A stretch of DNA of 36,516 nucleotides, from contig JAAYTV010000504.1 of assembly GCA_012523655.1 (NCBI GenBank), positions 1-36,516 of the forward strand, read 5' to 3'. Numbering within the stretch: position 1 is the first letter of the stretch; each line of letters opens with the position of its first letter. The notes beneath the pieces are model-generated. The model saw nothing but the letters and a program-made list of their open reading frames with translations. It did not search any database and was not told the origin of the DNA. Below, piece after piece: positions 1-8,247 of the stretch. A program made the translations under genes and the position numbers. The DNA is from a bacterium. Lineage in GTDB: Bacteria > Zhuqueibacterota > Zhuqueibacteria > Residuimicrobiales > Residuimicrobiaceae.

Positions 1-153
1 GATCGCTTTTTCTCTGGCGCTGAAATCCACACAGTGCTGCAGCAGCGGGGAGGCAAAGTCTATGATCAGGGAAGCCAGATCAGAAGTGACGACCGCACCG
101 GCTTTGGCAAAGGGGCCGGGCGCATGGAGATCATCGCTGTGGGGCATGGTCAT
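1..153 (-). CDS. hypothetical protein, only the N-terminal 51 codons in window (continues past coordinate 1)
   Basis: The minus-strand frame is open from ATG 153..151 to the window edge (MTMPHSDDLHAPGPFAKAGAVVTSDLASLIIDFASPLLQHCVDFSAREKAI...). The ATG overlaps the helicase TGA stop (152..150) as ATGA, a typical translational-coupling arrangement. Third codon positions are mostly G/C, like neighbouring genes. No recognisable motif. It is absent from the ORF track because it is truncated. Confidence 0.3.
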   Translation of the reverse strand, partial: MTMPHSDDLHAPGPFAKAGAVVTSDLASLIIDFASPLLQHCVDFSAREKAI

Positions 154-2633
154 GCGTTCCTTTCACCATGGATCAACAGGCGGCGCAGGGCAAGCTCCTG
201 CTCCAGCTCTGCCAGTTTTTGCCTGGAGGTCGTGGCGGGTTCTACGTCGGCGCCGGCGTTTTTAGGCATCGGCAGAGGACGCCTTTCCTTTTTCAGCTCG
301 TGGATTTTTTTCTCCAGTTTGGCATCGGAGAGTCCAGCCAGACCGGGATTCAGACTCACCTCGATCAGGAAATCAGAGTACTCTTTTTCCGGCGCGGTGA
401 TCAATAGTGTGCGGATGGCGCGGGTGACGCCGACATAGGTTACCCGGCGCTCCTCTTCCCAGTCTGGGTCGGAACGGAGACGATAATCATGGGCCAGATG
501 GAACAGGACCACGTGCGGAAACTCTTTGCCCTTACTGGCGTGAATAGTGGCCAGGGTCACCTGCGGCACAGATGCCTCCGCTTCCCATTCATCAGCCGGA
601 TCGCCCGGCCCGGCCGGACTCAGCTGTTGGTAAAACTCGGTCAGGTCAGCGCAGGCGGCGGAGACTTCGATGAGAACGTCAAGCACCACTTCCTGACCCG
701 CCTCATCCGCCGCACCGTAGACCGACGGCAGTCCGGCATAAAACGAACGCAGGTCAAACGACGTTACGAGCCGCGCCAACAGGTCCGGCACCTTAACCGC
801 GTTGGCGTCGATCCGGCGGAACGGATCGACTTGTCGCAACCACTCCTCCAGCACCAGCCGTTCCCGTTCGCTGACCGTAAGATCACAGGCGACCTGCTCC
901 AGCGCTTCCCAGGAGGTGATCGTGCGAATCAAGGAATTGGTTAAAAATTTGTTTGGACGCTTTAGAACCCGGCTCCACTCTTTTTCGCCCGCTGCCTGCG
1001 GAAAAAATAAAACCGTCAGATAGCTGTATACGTCTCTGCCCACTGCGGTTTGCATCAGGCCGCGGTGATCCACAAAGGTGTGCGGAATTTTGTAGCTGTC
1101 CAACAGAACCGCCAACAGATATTGATAGACATGATAACGATAGAGCACGGCGAAATCAGACCAGCCGTCGGCCCCCTGTTCCCGCCGCTGTAAAATCCAC
1201 TCGACCGCTTTTTTAGCCTGTGCCCACAGGTTGCTGTGCAGGGTGACGGTGAACTCGCCCTCGGCCGCGGTCGCGGTGGGATGGATGTCTTTAGCCACCC
1301 TGCGGCGGTTGTGGGCGATCAACCACTTGGAGTGATCGATCACCTGCCGGGTGGAACGATAATTGGTCTCCAGGGTGTAAGTGGCTGCGCCGCGGTAATG
1401 CTCGGCAAAGTTCAGAATGTTTTGCACATCCGCACCACGCCAGCCGTAGATCATCTGATCGTCATCGCCGACGACGAAAAGATTGTTGTGCGGCATGCTG
1501 AGCAGCTGCATCAACAACAGCTGACTGCGATTGAGATCCTGAAATTCATCGACAAGAACAAAATGGAACCGGTGCTGAATTGTTTGCCGCAGCCCGGCGT
1601 CATCCAGCAGCAGCCGCAACGGCCAATAGATCATGTCATCGAAATTCATATACCCCTGTGCGGATTGCAGCTGCAAATAGTGGGCAAAAATATCTTTGAA
1701 CGGAAACTGTTCGCCGTTGATTTCTGTGCGCATCTCCTCCCATTCCGGCAAATCGGTCGTGGCGGCAGTCAAGCTGGCGAGCAGGCCGGCGGCGGGATCC
1801 TGATTACGCAGCATCGGCAGACGCAGCACTTTTTCGGCAGCCGTCTGCAGCAACTGCCGGCATCTTTTGTCGCCCTCATCGTGCTGATACCGCCAGCCGT
1901 TGTGACGCCGAAGGATCTCATAGCCCAGCGCATGAAAGGTCCGAACGGTCACCCCCTCTTCGTCCAGGTTTCCGGCAATGGCAACGCCGCGCTGCGCCAA
2001 CCGCTCCACCATCTCCTGCGCCGCTTTTTTGTTGAACGCCAGTGCGAGTATCCGATGGGCGGCCACGCCTTCATTGACCAGATGGATGATGCGGTTGATC
2101 AGCGTCTTGGTCTTACCCGACCCGGCCGGCGCCAACACGCGAACAGGGCCGTAGAGCTGACGGATGGCGTTGACCTGCGCCTCATCCAGATCCTCGTCCA
2201 ACGCCAGGGCGGTGCTCTTTTTCTGCAGCGGTGTTCGCTGCAGTTGAAACGAACGGTCCAGCATGGGGCCAAAGTGCTCCAGAAGAATCTGCGCAGACAG
2301 CTGCTGCCGGGAGTCATGCAGCCCATCGCTGTTCAGACGTGCAGTGTAAAAAGAGCGCGGCCAGCGGGAAAGAAAAGAAAAAGGCTTGGCCGCCTGCAGC
2401 AGGGGGGAAATGATCTGAGACTGCAGAATCGTCAGCACATTCAGAAACGCCGGCAGGGCTAGGTCCTGATAGATAAAGACCTGATCGAATTTTTCATGGT
2501 TAAATAAACGATCAGGGGCAAGTTTAGAGCAGGCGAGCCAGCAGGCGCGAACACCCGACGCCTTGGCTCTCCTCCAGGCAGCGCGTGCCGCCTTGACATC
2601 CAATTCAAAACTGATATGGTCGCAAGAAGTCAT
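150..2633 (-). CDS. UvrD/Rep/PcrA-family superfamily-1 ATP-dependent DNA helicase with ~150-aa N-terminal extension
   Basis: Motifs read directly: Q-motif region LDEAQVNAIRQ, Walker A APAGSGKTKTL, motif II VLVDEFQDLN, motif III VGDDDQMIYGWRGA, ETNYRST, TIHASKGKEFPHVVL, VTYVGVTRA. Start is set at ATG 2633 (MTSCDH...). The longer ORF-track version (to 3047) runs through an AT-rich tract and a perfect terminator hairpin at 2814-2841. ATG 2714 is an alternative start. Confidence 0.88.
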   Translation of the reverse strand: MTSCDHISFELDVKAARAAWRRAKASGVRACWLACSKLAPDRLFNHEKFDQVFIYQDLALPAFLNVLTILQSQIISPLLQAAKPFSFLSRWPRSFYTARLNSDGLHDSRQQLSAQILLEHFGPMLDRSFQLQRTPLQKKSTALALDEDLDEAQVNAIRQLYGPVRVLAPAGSGKTKTLINRIIHLVNEGVAAHRILALAFNKKAAQEMVERLAQRGVAIAGNLDEEGVTVRTFHALGYEILRRHNGWRYQHDEGDKRCRQLLQTAAEKVLRLPMLRNQDPAAGLLASLTAATTDLPEWEEMRTEINGEQFPFKDIFAHYLQLQSAQGYMNFDDMIYWPLRLLLDDAGLRQTIQHRFHFVLVDEFQDLNRSQLLLMQLLSMPHNNLFVVGDDDQMIYGWRGADVQNILNFAEHYRGAATYTLETNYRSTRQVIDHSKWLIAHNRRRVAKDIHPTATAAEGEFTVTLHSNLWAQAKKAVEWILQRREQGADGWSDFAVLYRYHVYQYLLAVLLDSYKIPHTFVDHRGLMQTAVGRDVYSYLTVLFFPQAAGEKEWSRVLKRPNKFLTNSLIRTITSWEALEQVACDLTVSERERLVLEEWLRQVDPFRRIDANAVKVPDLLARLVTSFDLRSFYAGLPSVYGAADEAGQEVVLDVLIEVSAACADLTEFYQQLSPAGPGDPADEWEAEASVPQVTLATIHASKGKEFPHVVLFHLAHDYRLRSDPDWEEERRVTYVGVTRAIRTLLITAPEKEYSDFLIEVSLNPGLAGLSDAKLEKKIHELKKERRPLPMPKNAGADVEPATTSRQKLAELEQELALRRLLIHGERNA

Positions 2634-2813
2634 AAATGGGCCACCCGCTTCACCAGGCCGTTCCTCCGACAGCAGGAAAAAATAAATTAATTCAATGTAA
2701 AACAGTTTCGCCATAAAATCCAGTGAAACTGTGGAGAAAGGTTGGAACAGAATCCTGATCGGGCGGGCGGACGCTGGGCCGGTGCGTTCGATCTCCAGCC
2801 GGTCCATAAAAGA

Positions 2814-2841
2814 GAAGGCCCGGATGGATCTCCGGGCCTTC
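2814..2841 (-). terminator. rho-independent terminator candidate downstream of the SDR gene
   Basis: Perfect 11-bp inverted repeat GAAGGCCCGGA / TCCGGGCCTTC with a 6-nt loop. On the minus strand it is followed by TCTTTTAT. Confidence 0.55.
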
Positions 2842-2855
2842 CCCGTGAGGAGACA

Positions 2856-2882
2856 GTCGGGATTCAGAAGAATCCGACTTTT
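2856..2882 (+). terminator. terminator-like hairpin with plus-strand T-run (orphan: no plus-strand gene upstream)
   Basis: GTCGGGATTC-agaa-GAATCCGAC (9 bp with one bulged G), followed by TTTT then GGGGGGG on the plus strand. It sits back-to-back with the 2814-2841 hairpin. Confidence 0.3.
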
Positions 2883-3109
2883 GGGGGGGACAATATTACA
2901 GGCACTATTTATGATGTAAACTTTACTACAAACATTGTGCCAAAATTTACAAATGTAACTTGCAAGACATTTATTTACCTTAATACCAATTAAATCAATG
3001 CAATAAAAAATTGCCCGGGATGGGGAAATAAAATGAATAAAAATCATTTTTGGTTAAATAACCAAATGATTGCCCATATTTTGGTTATTTAGCCAATTAA
3101 TGAATGGTG

Positions 3110-4087
3110 CTAAAGCCAGCCGTTTTCCCGGTACCAACGGCCGGTCTGTCGCACCCCCTGCGCCAAGGTGTATTGAGGAGCAAAGCCCAGCTCCTGTTTT
3201 GCCGATTGGTTGCTGCACATCCAGCCGGGTTGCACCATCTCGCGCACCTTGTCCGCATTGAGAAGGGCCGGTTTACCGGTCACCTGCGCCATGGCACGGG
3301 CAATCCAAGATACAGAGTATAACAGCCACACCGGCGTTCTGATGGTGATGGTCTTCCTCTCCATCGCCTGCGCGATCTCCCGGCCGATGGTGTTCCAATC
3401 ATAATAGCCGTCGCCGGAGATAAAGAACACTTTGCCGTTGCTCGTCGGTTGTTCCGCCGCCAGAATGATGCCGTCGACCAGGTCTGAAACATGCACCAGG
3501 CTGATCTGTGGATCACCTTTGCCCAGCACCAGCACCAGCCCACGGTTGACATTCTGGAAATAGACCAGGATGTCACGGTCTCTGGGACCATAGACCGACG
3601 GCGGCCTGAGCACGACCACGGGCAGCTCACGGCTCAGGTTCAAGACTTCTTTCTCAGCCGCCAGCTTGCACTCGCCGTAAATAGAGATCGGATGCGGTTC
3701 ATCCGCTTCAGTAAGGGGGATGCCGGACAGGCTTGGGCCAGCAGCCGCCTGACTGGAGACATAGACGAATTTTTTCAGCCCCTGCTGCAGACGACACGCT
3801 TGCAGCAGCCGTTTGGTGATGGTCACGTTTCCCTCCACATAGCCCTGCCGGTCTCTGGCTTTGGTGACCCCGGCCAGGTGGAAAATCCAATCCATTCCGG
3901 CGACCGCCTCTTCCAGCCCTTCGCCATTGGACAGGCTGGCGTAGGAATACGCCACAGGCAGATTCTGCAGCCAGGCCAAGTTGCTTTGACGACGAACCAG
4001 ACAGGTAACCTGATGGCCCTGATGCAGCAGTTTTTCCACCAAGGTACTGCCGATAAATCCATTGCTGCCGGTTACCAACGCTTTCAT
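3110..4087 (-). CDS. NAD(P)-dependent epimerase/dehydratase-family extended SDR oxidoreductase
   Basis: N-terminal Rossmann motif MKALVTGSNGFIGSTLVEKL (GxxGxxG) and catalytic YxxxK (YGECK). AAAGGAA lies 7 nt upstream of ATG 4087. The ORF-track start at 4138 adds 17 residues with no RBS. Confidence 0.85.
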   Translation of the reverse strand: MKALVTGSNGFIGSTLVEKLLHQGHQVTCLVRRQSNLAWLQNLPVAYSYASLSNGEGLEEAVAGMDWIFHLAGVTKARDRQGYVEGNVTITKRLLQACRLQQGLKKFVYVSSQAAAGPSLSGIPLTEADEPHPISIYGECKLAAEKEVLNLSRELPVVVLRPPSVYGPRDRDILVYFQNVNRGLVLVLGKGDPQISLVHVSDLVDGIILAAEQPTSNGKVFFISGDGYYDWNTIGREIAQAMERKTITIRTPVWLLYSVSWIARAMAQVTGKPALLNADKVREMVQPGWMCSNQSAKQELGFAPQYTLAQGVRQTGRWYRENGWL

Positions 4088-4163
4088 GCGAACATTCCTT
4101 TCAGGCTGTTTTTTGCACCTAAAGTAATAAAACCGCACCTCGTTTCAAAGAATAACATTCAGC

Positions 4164-4192
4164 TTGACTAAATAGTAATAAATGCCTAACTT
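4164..4192 (+). promoter_or_regulatory. sigma70-like promoter candidate for the alpha-oxoamine synthase gene
   Basis: TTGACT (4164-4169), 17-nt spacer, TAACTT (4187-4192), about 70 nt upstream of the TTG start. Confidence 0.35.
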
Positions 4193-4264
4193 TTGACCAA
4201 AGTAAAAGCTTCGGCCGGCTGAACGGCTTCTCTTACAATTCCTGTCAATCGTGGAGGCACTACT

Positions 4265-5458
4265 TTGGCGGATTTATTTAGCAAATGCTCAATGGGGGTT
4301 TCTGCACGCGCACGTGAAGCCATGGAACAGGGATGGTATCCCTATTTCAAAGCATTTGGGTCGGGTGCGGATACCGAGGTATATCTCGATGGGCACAAGC
4401 TGATCATGATCGGGTCCAATAACTATCTCGGCCTAACCCAGGACCCCCGGGTAAAAAAGGCAGCCATCAAGGCGATTGAACAATTCGGATCCGGCTGTAC
4501 CGGATCCCGTTTTCTGAACGGCACCTTGACCCTGCACGAAGAATTGGAAGCAAAGCTGGCGTCTTTTATGAACGTGGAGGCGGTGCTGGTCTTTTCCACC
4601 GGATTTATGACCAACCAGGGGGTGATCTCCGCCCTCGTAGGCCGTAAGGACCTGGTTGTGGGCGACAGCGAGAACCATGCCAGCATCGTCGACGGCACGC
4701 GTCTGGCCTTTGGCCGCGCGCTGAAATACCGTCACAACAACATCCAGGACCTCGATCGGGTGTTGACGCGCAATAAATCAGAGGAAAACGGCGTTCTGAT
4801 CGTCAGTGACGGCGTTTTCAGCATGGGCGGCGATATCGTCGACCTGCCAGCGCTGGTCGCCGTGGCCAAAAAGCACGGCGCCCGCATCATGCTCGACGAC
4901 GCTCATGCCATCGGCGTGTTGGGCCGCAACGGCCGCGGCACAGCCGAGCATTTCGGCCTGGAGAAAGAAGTCGATCTGACCATGGGCACATTCAGCAAAA
5001 GCTTTGCCTCCATCGGCGGATTCATCGCCGGCTCTGAAGAGGTGGTGCATTATATCAAGCATGTGTCGCGGGCCTTCATTTTCTCCGCCAGTCCGCCGCC
5101 CGCCTCGGTGGCAACGGTCATTGCGGCAGTGGACATCCTTCAAGCGGAGCCGGAGCGCCGAGAAAGGCTGTGGCACAACTATCACAAGATGAAAAAGGGA
5201 TTTGAACAGCTGGGGTTCAATACCGGCGACAGCCAAACCCCCATCATCCCCATCATTATCGGCGAAGATGAAAAGACATTTCTGCTCTGGCGGCTGCTGT
5301 TTGAAAACGGCGTGTTCGCCAATCCAGTCATCAGTCCGGCGGCGCCGCCGGGCAAAGCCCTGATCCGCACCAGCTACATGGCCACGCACACGGAGGAGGA
5401 GCTGGACAAGGTGTTGGGGATTTTTGAAAAATTGGGCCGGCAACTGAACATCATCTGA
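4265..5458 (+). CDS. PLP-dependent alpha-oxoamine synthase, serine-palmitoyltransferase-like (acyl-CoA/ACP:amino acid C-acyltransferase)
   Basis: TTG start at 4265, preceded by GGAGG (4253-4257, 7-nt spacer). Family motifs: GSNNYLGLT, FGSGCTGSRFLNGT, STGFMTNQG, NHASIVDG, DDAHAIG, PLP-lysine GTFSKSF, RERLW. From memory, the overall pattern matches bacterial Spt better than BioF/Kbl. This needs an HMM or tree to confirm. Confidence 0.88.
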   Translation: MADLFSKCSMGVSARAREAMEQGWYPYFKAFGSGADTEVYLDGHKLIMIGSNNYLGLTQDPRVKKAAIKAIEQFGSGCTGSRFLNGTLTLHEELEAKLASFMNVEAVLVFSTGFMTNQGVISALVGRKDLVVGDSENHASIVDGTRLAFGRALKYRHNNIQDLDRVLTRNKSEENGVLIVSDGVFSMGGDIVDLPALVAVAKKHGARIMLDDAHAIGVLGRNGRGTAEHFGLEKEVDLTMGTFSKSFASIGGFIAGSEEVVHYIKHVSRAFIFSASPPPASVATVIAAVDILQAEPERRERLWHNYHKMKKGFEQLGFNTGDSQTPIIPIIIGEDEKTFLLWRLLFENGVFANPVISPAAPPGKALIRTSYMATHTEEELDKVLGIFEKLGRQLNII

Positions 5459-5497
5459 ACCCCTCGCACCGGCCCCAAAGGGGATACACGCATAAAA

Positions 5498-5520
5498 AAG
5501 GCCGCCTCATGGGCGGCCTT
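5498..5520 (-). terminator. rho-independent terminator between convergent genes (possibly bidirectional)
   Basis: AAGGCCGCC-tcatg-GGCGGCCTT, a 9-bp stem. On the minus strand it is followed by TTTTTTATG, so it would end the manC...ptsN/zinc-ribbon transcript. It lies 40 nt after the plus-strand synthase stop. Confidence 0.6.
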
Positions 5521-5542
5521 ATCATTTGTGGAGCAGCAGGGA

Positions 5543-5878
5543 TCAATCCAACCAATACAGCATCCTTCCGCAGTTCTCACAAGTGAAAATCTCTTCATCC
5601 TCCCGTCCCTTGATGCCCAGAGAGGTGGGTTGGCGTAGAAAGCACCCAAGACAGATATCGTTCTTAACCGGTACGATCGCCCGTTTCAATTTGGCCCGCA
5701 GCCGCTCATAGCGGAACAGCATCGGTTTGCTCAACGTGGCAGCCAGTTCTTCCCTCGCCTTGCGCAGTTCAGTGTAACCGCTGACGGAAAACCCCAATTT
5801 CTCCACCTCGCTTGTCTCTTCGATCATCAAATCGATATCCTGCAACGAAACAAGCACTTCCAAATCTTTTTTGATCAT
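5543..5878 (-). CDS. C4 zinc-ribbon domain protein (DUF164/zf-RING_7-like, short form)
   Basis: 111 aa. Helical N-terminal half, then two CxxC pairs (CLGC ... CENC) near the C-terminus. The ATG lies 3 nt after the ptsN-like stop, so it is co-transcribed. Confidence 0.6.
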   Translation of the reverse strand: MIKKDLEVLVSLQDIDLMIEETSEVEKLGFSVSGYTELRKAREELAATLSKPMLFRYERLRAKLKRAIVPVKNDICLGCFLRQPTSLGIKGREDEEIFTCENCGRMLYWLD

Positions 5879-5881
5879 CGC

Positions 5882-6343
5882 TTATTCTCCCGTGATAATC
5901 GGCAGGAACTCGGCGAAGGACTTGACTTTCGCCAATTTGTCGCGATTGTTTTTTTCATTCAACAGGGTGACCAGGGCGCCGAGAATGGGCAGATAAGTGT
6001 TGCCTTCATCGTTGGGCGGTGCAATGACCATGAAGAAAAGATGTACCGGTTTCCCGTCGATGGCGTCAAAGTTGATGCCCGCCTCGGATTTACCGAACGC
6101 GATCAGCACATTGGAGGCCGCAGTGGTGCGGCCGTGCGGTATTGCCACCCCCTTGCCGATACCGGTACTGCCCAGCTTTTCACGCTGATGCAGCATTTCA
6201 AGCACGATTTCCCGATTACGTATATACTTTTCCTTGACAAACAGATCCAGCAGCTCGCTGATGGCCTGCTCTTTGTTCTTGGCCTTCAGTTGGGCAATGA
6301 ACAGATGCTCGGAAAAATATCGGCTCAATTCACTTTGATTCAT
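5882..6343 (-). CDS. ptsN: PTS EIIA type-2 domain protein (nitrogen-regulatory PtsN/EIIA-Ntr-like)
   Basis: 153 aa. The phospho-histidine context GIGKGVAIPHGR and overall length match EIIA-Ntr. GGAGGT SD lies 8 nt upstream of the ATG. Confidence 0.82.
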   Translation of the reverse strand: MNQSELSRYFSEHLFIAQLKAKNKEQAISELLDLFVKEKYIRNREIVLEMLHQREKLGSTGIGKGVAIPHGRTTAASNVLIAFGKSEAGINFDAIDGKPVHLFFMVIAPPNDEGNTYLPILGALVTLLNEKNNRDKLAKVKSFAEFLPIITGE

Positions 6344-6392
6344 ACTCAGCTACCTCCAGGAATCGATCATTGACTCTAGCAAGGGGTGGGTT

Positions 6393-6731
6393 TTACATCG
6401 GATCCGGCAGAAATGAAGCGGGCTCAGCCGTGGCCTGTTCCTGTTCGATGATCTGGCGAATGGCCGGCATCACATAGAGTGAATCCAGATTAAAGGAGCC
6501 GAGCTCCCGCGCCAGCACGTGGATTTTTCGGTAAACGGGATCGTTCTTCTGCATGACGATCAGATGATCCCGGCGGCAGCGGCAATGGCCGCCATGAAAA
6601 TCACCCTTTTCATAACGCACCTGCAGATCCAGGGCTTTGGCAAGCGTCTCCAATGCCTGCAGAATCTCGGCCTCTTTCATATCTACAAATACTTTTGCTT
6701 TTCGCTGTGCTTGAGCTTTTCGACTACCCAT
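6393..6731 (-). CDS. hypothetical protein
   Basis: No recognisable motif. ATG 6731 has AGGA 6 nt upstream but overlaps the upstream manC gene by 49 nt. The alternative ATG 6680 (MKEAEIL...) starts 2 nt after the manC stop but lacks an SD. Confidence 0.5.
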   Translation of the reverse strand: MGSRKAQAQRKAKVFVDMKEAEILQALETLAKALDLQVRYEKGDFHGGHCRCRRDHLIVMQKNDPVYRKIHVLARELGSFNLDSLYVMPAIRQIIEQEQATAEPASFLPDPM

Positions 6732-7771
6732 TTGACATCCTGTGTTTGGTTACGATGGCAGATCAACAGCGCATCCTTGGTGTCCACCACCACCAGGTCT
6801 TGAACCCCCACCAGCGCGACCAGACGGCGGCCGGACTCCACATACGAATTTTGCACATCTTTGAGAACCGGTTCACCGAGGACCACGTTGCCGTCACTGT
6901 CCTTGGCACACAGCTTGTACACCTCATCCCAACTGCCCACATCGCTCCAGCCGAAATCGCCCTCCACCACCATGACATTGCTTGCCTTTTCCATCACTCC
7001 GTAATCGATGGACTCGCTGCGAATCTGACGATAGACACGGTTCAGCACCCGTCGATAGCCGGCGCGTCCCAGCACCGCGTCGATCTCCATCAGGCCGGCA
7101 TAGAGATCGGGCATCAGCTCTTCGAGGTACTCCAGAATGGTGCGGCACCGCCAGACAAAAATGCCGCTGTTCCAGAGAAATTCACCGCTGCTGAAAAACT
7201 GCACTGCTACTTCATGGGTGGGCTTTTCCGCGAACGCGCGCACCCGCCAGGCCTGACGGTGATCAAAGGCGAACGCTTCACCACGCTGGATATAGCCGTA
7301 CCCGGTGGCTGGATAAGTCGGCTCGATGCCGATGGTGGCCAACGTTTCCGGTTGCTGGCGGATCAATGCAACGGCACTGTTCAATGCGTGCAGGAAACGA
7401 TCGATTTCACTGATGTGATGATCAGCGGGCAGCACGATCATCACCGCCTCAGGAGAACGGCGCACCAGATGCAACGCCGCCAGCCCGATGCACGGCGCCG
7501 TGTTTTTTCCAAACGGTTCCCGAAGAAGCCGGTTGGAACGCAACCATCGCAACTGCCGCACCACCCGGGTCGCCTGATCCTGCGTGGATACCACATAGAT
7601 TTGATCCTGCGGCAGCATCTCCTGCAACCGTTTGCAGGTTGCCTGGATCAACGTTCGTTTATCCAGAAGGGATAGAAATTGTTTGGGCAGCGCTTTCCGG
7701 CTTTTGGGCCAAAAACGGCTGCCAATGCCACCCGCCATGACCACAGCAAAGGTATGGGATAGGTCGGTCAT
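6683..7771 (-). CDS. manC: mannose-1-phosphate guanylyltransferase (GDP-mannose pyrophosphorylase, no PMI domain)
   Basis: N-terminal nucleotidyltransferase signature VVMAGGIGSRFWPKSRKALPKQF. At 362 aa it fits a stand-alone GMP domain. Confidence 0.9.
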   Translation of the reverse strand: MTDLSHTFAVVMAGGIGSRFWPKSRKALPKQFLSLLDKRTLIQATCKRLQEMLPQDQIYVVSTQDQATRVVRQLRWLRSNRLLREPFGKNTAPCIGLAALHLVRRSPEAVMIVLPADHHISEIDRFLHALNSAVALIRQQPETLATIGIEPTYPATGYGYIQRGEAFAFDHRQAWRVRAFAEKPTHEVAVQFFSSGEFLWNSGIFVWRCRTILEYLEELMPDLYAGLMEIDAVLGRAGYRRVLNRVYRQIRSESIDYGVMEKASNVMVVEGDFGWSDVGSWDEVYKLCAKDSDGNVVLGEPVLKDVQNSYVESGRRLVALVGVQDLVVVDTKDALLICHRNQTQDVKWVVEKLKHSEKQKYL

Positions 7772-7775
7772 TCAA

Positions 7776-8102
7776 TCAGCTTAGATGGGTCTCTAGTTTT
7801 TTAAGCAAATTGGGCTTGGCGGCAGCGCCGACGATCTGTTCAACCACCTGGCCGTTTTTGAACAACAGCAGGGTTGGAATGCTGCGAATGCCATATTTCC
7901 CGGCGATCCCGCGATTTTTATCGACATCCACTTTACAAACTTTGAGCATGCCGGTCTTTTCCACAGCGATCTCTTCGACAATCGGTGCGATCATCTTGCA
8001 GGGTCCGCACCAAACCGCCCAGAAATCCACCAACACCGGCACATTCGATTTTATGACTTCACTTTCAAAGGTCGCCTCTGTGACCTCGACAGCAACACCC
8101 AT
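7776..8102 (-). CDS. trxA: thioredoxin
   Basis: 108 aa with the canonical active site WAVWCGPCK, plus GIRSIPTLLLFKNG. Confidence 0.95.
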   Translation of the reverse strand: MGVAVEVTEATFESEVIKSNVPVLVDFWAVWCGPCKMIAPIVEEIAVEKTGMLKVCKVDVDKNRGIAGKYGIRSIPTLLLFKNGQVVEQIVGAAAKPNLLKKLETHLS

Positions 8103-8247
8103 TTCCCACTCCTTGAGCCATTTTTTTCTTTCAGGTCGGATTCCCCGCCGGTCAGTGCTCCGGACGCCGCAGGAACCAGATCACTTAACACATTAGTAAA
8201 ATAAAGGTAACACTTTTTGCCCATGGATGCAATAAAAAACTTGCCCG

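Noticed and set aside
1236-2462. 408-aa plus-strand ORF opposite the helicase. Analogous ORFs are 6653-7675 (opposite manC), 9460-10578 (opposite malic enzyme), 11809-12507 (opposite PiT), 30248-31955 and 32609-33223 (opposite the FG-GAP gene), and 35336-36493 (opposite the PorQ-like gene).
   Set aside because: In each case the opposite strand carries textbook family motifs. The antisense products have none, and they lack SD sites.
2634-3047. N-terminal 138 residues of the ORF-track version of the helicase (start 3047).
   Set aside because: The extension crosses the AT-rich island and a perfect 11-bp terminator hairpin. Its translation (MIFIHFISPSRAIFYCIDLIG...) looks like translated intergenic DNA.
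8103-8247. Searched the GNAT-trxA spacer for a terminator or promoter.
   Set aside because: It contains only direct repeats (TTGCCC...TTGCCC) and a CCATGG palindrome. No convincing hairpin plus T-run and no -35/-10 pair was found.
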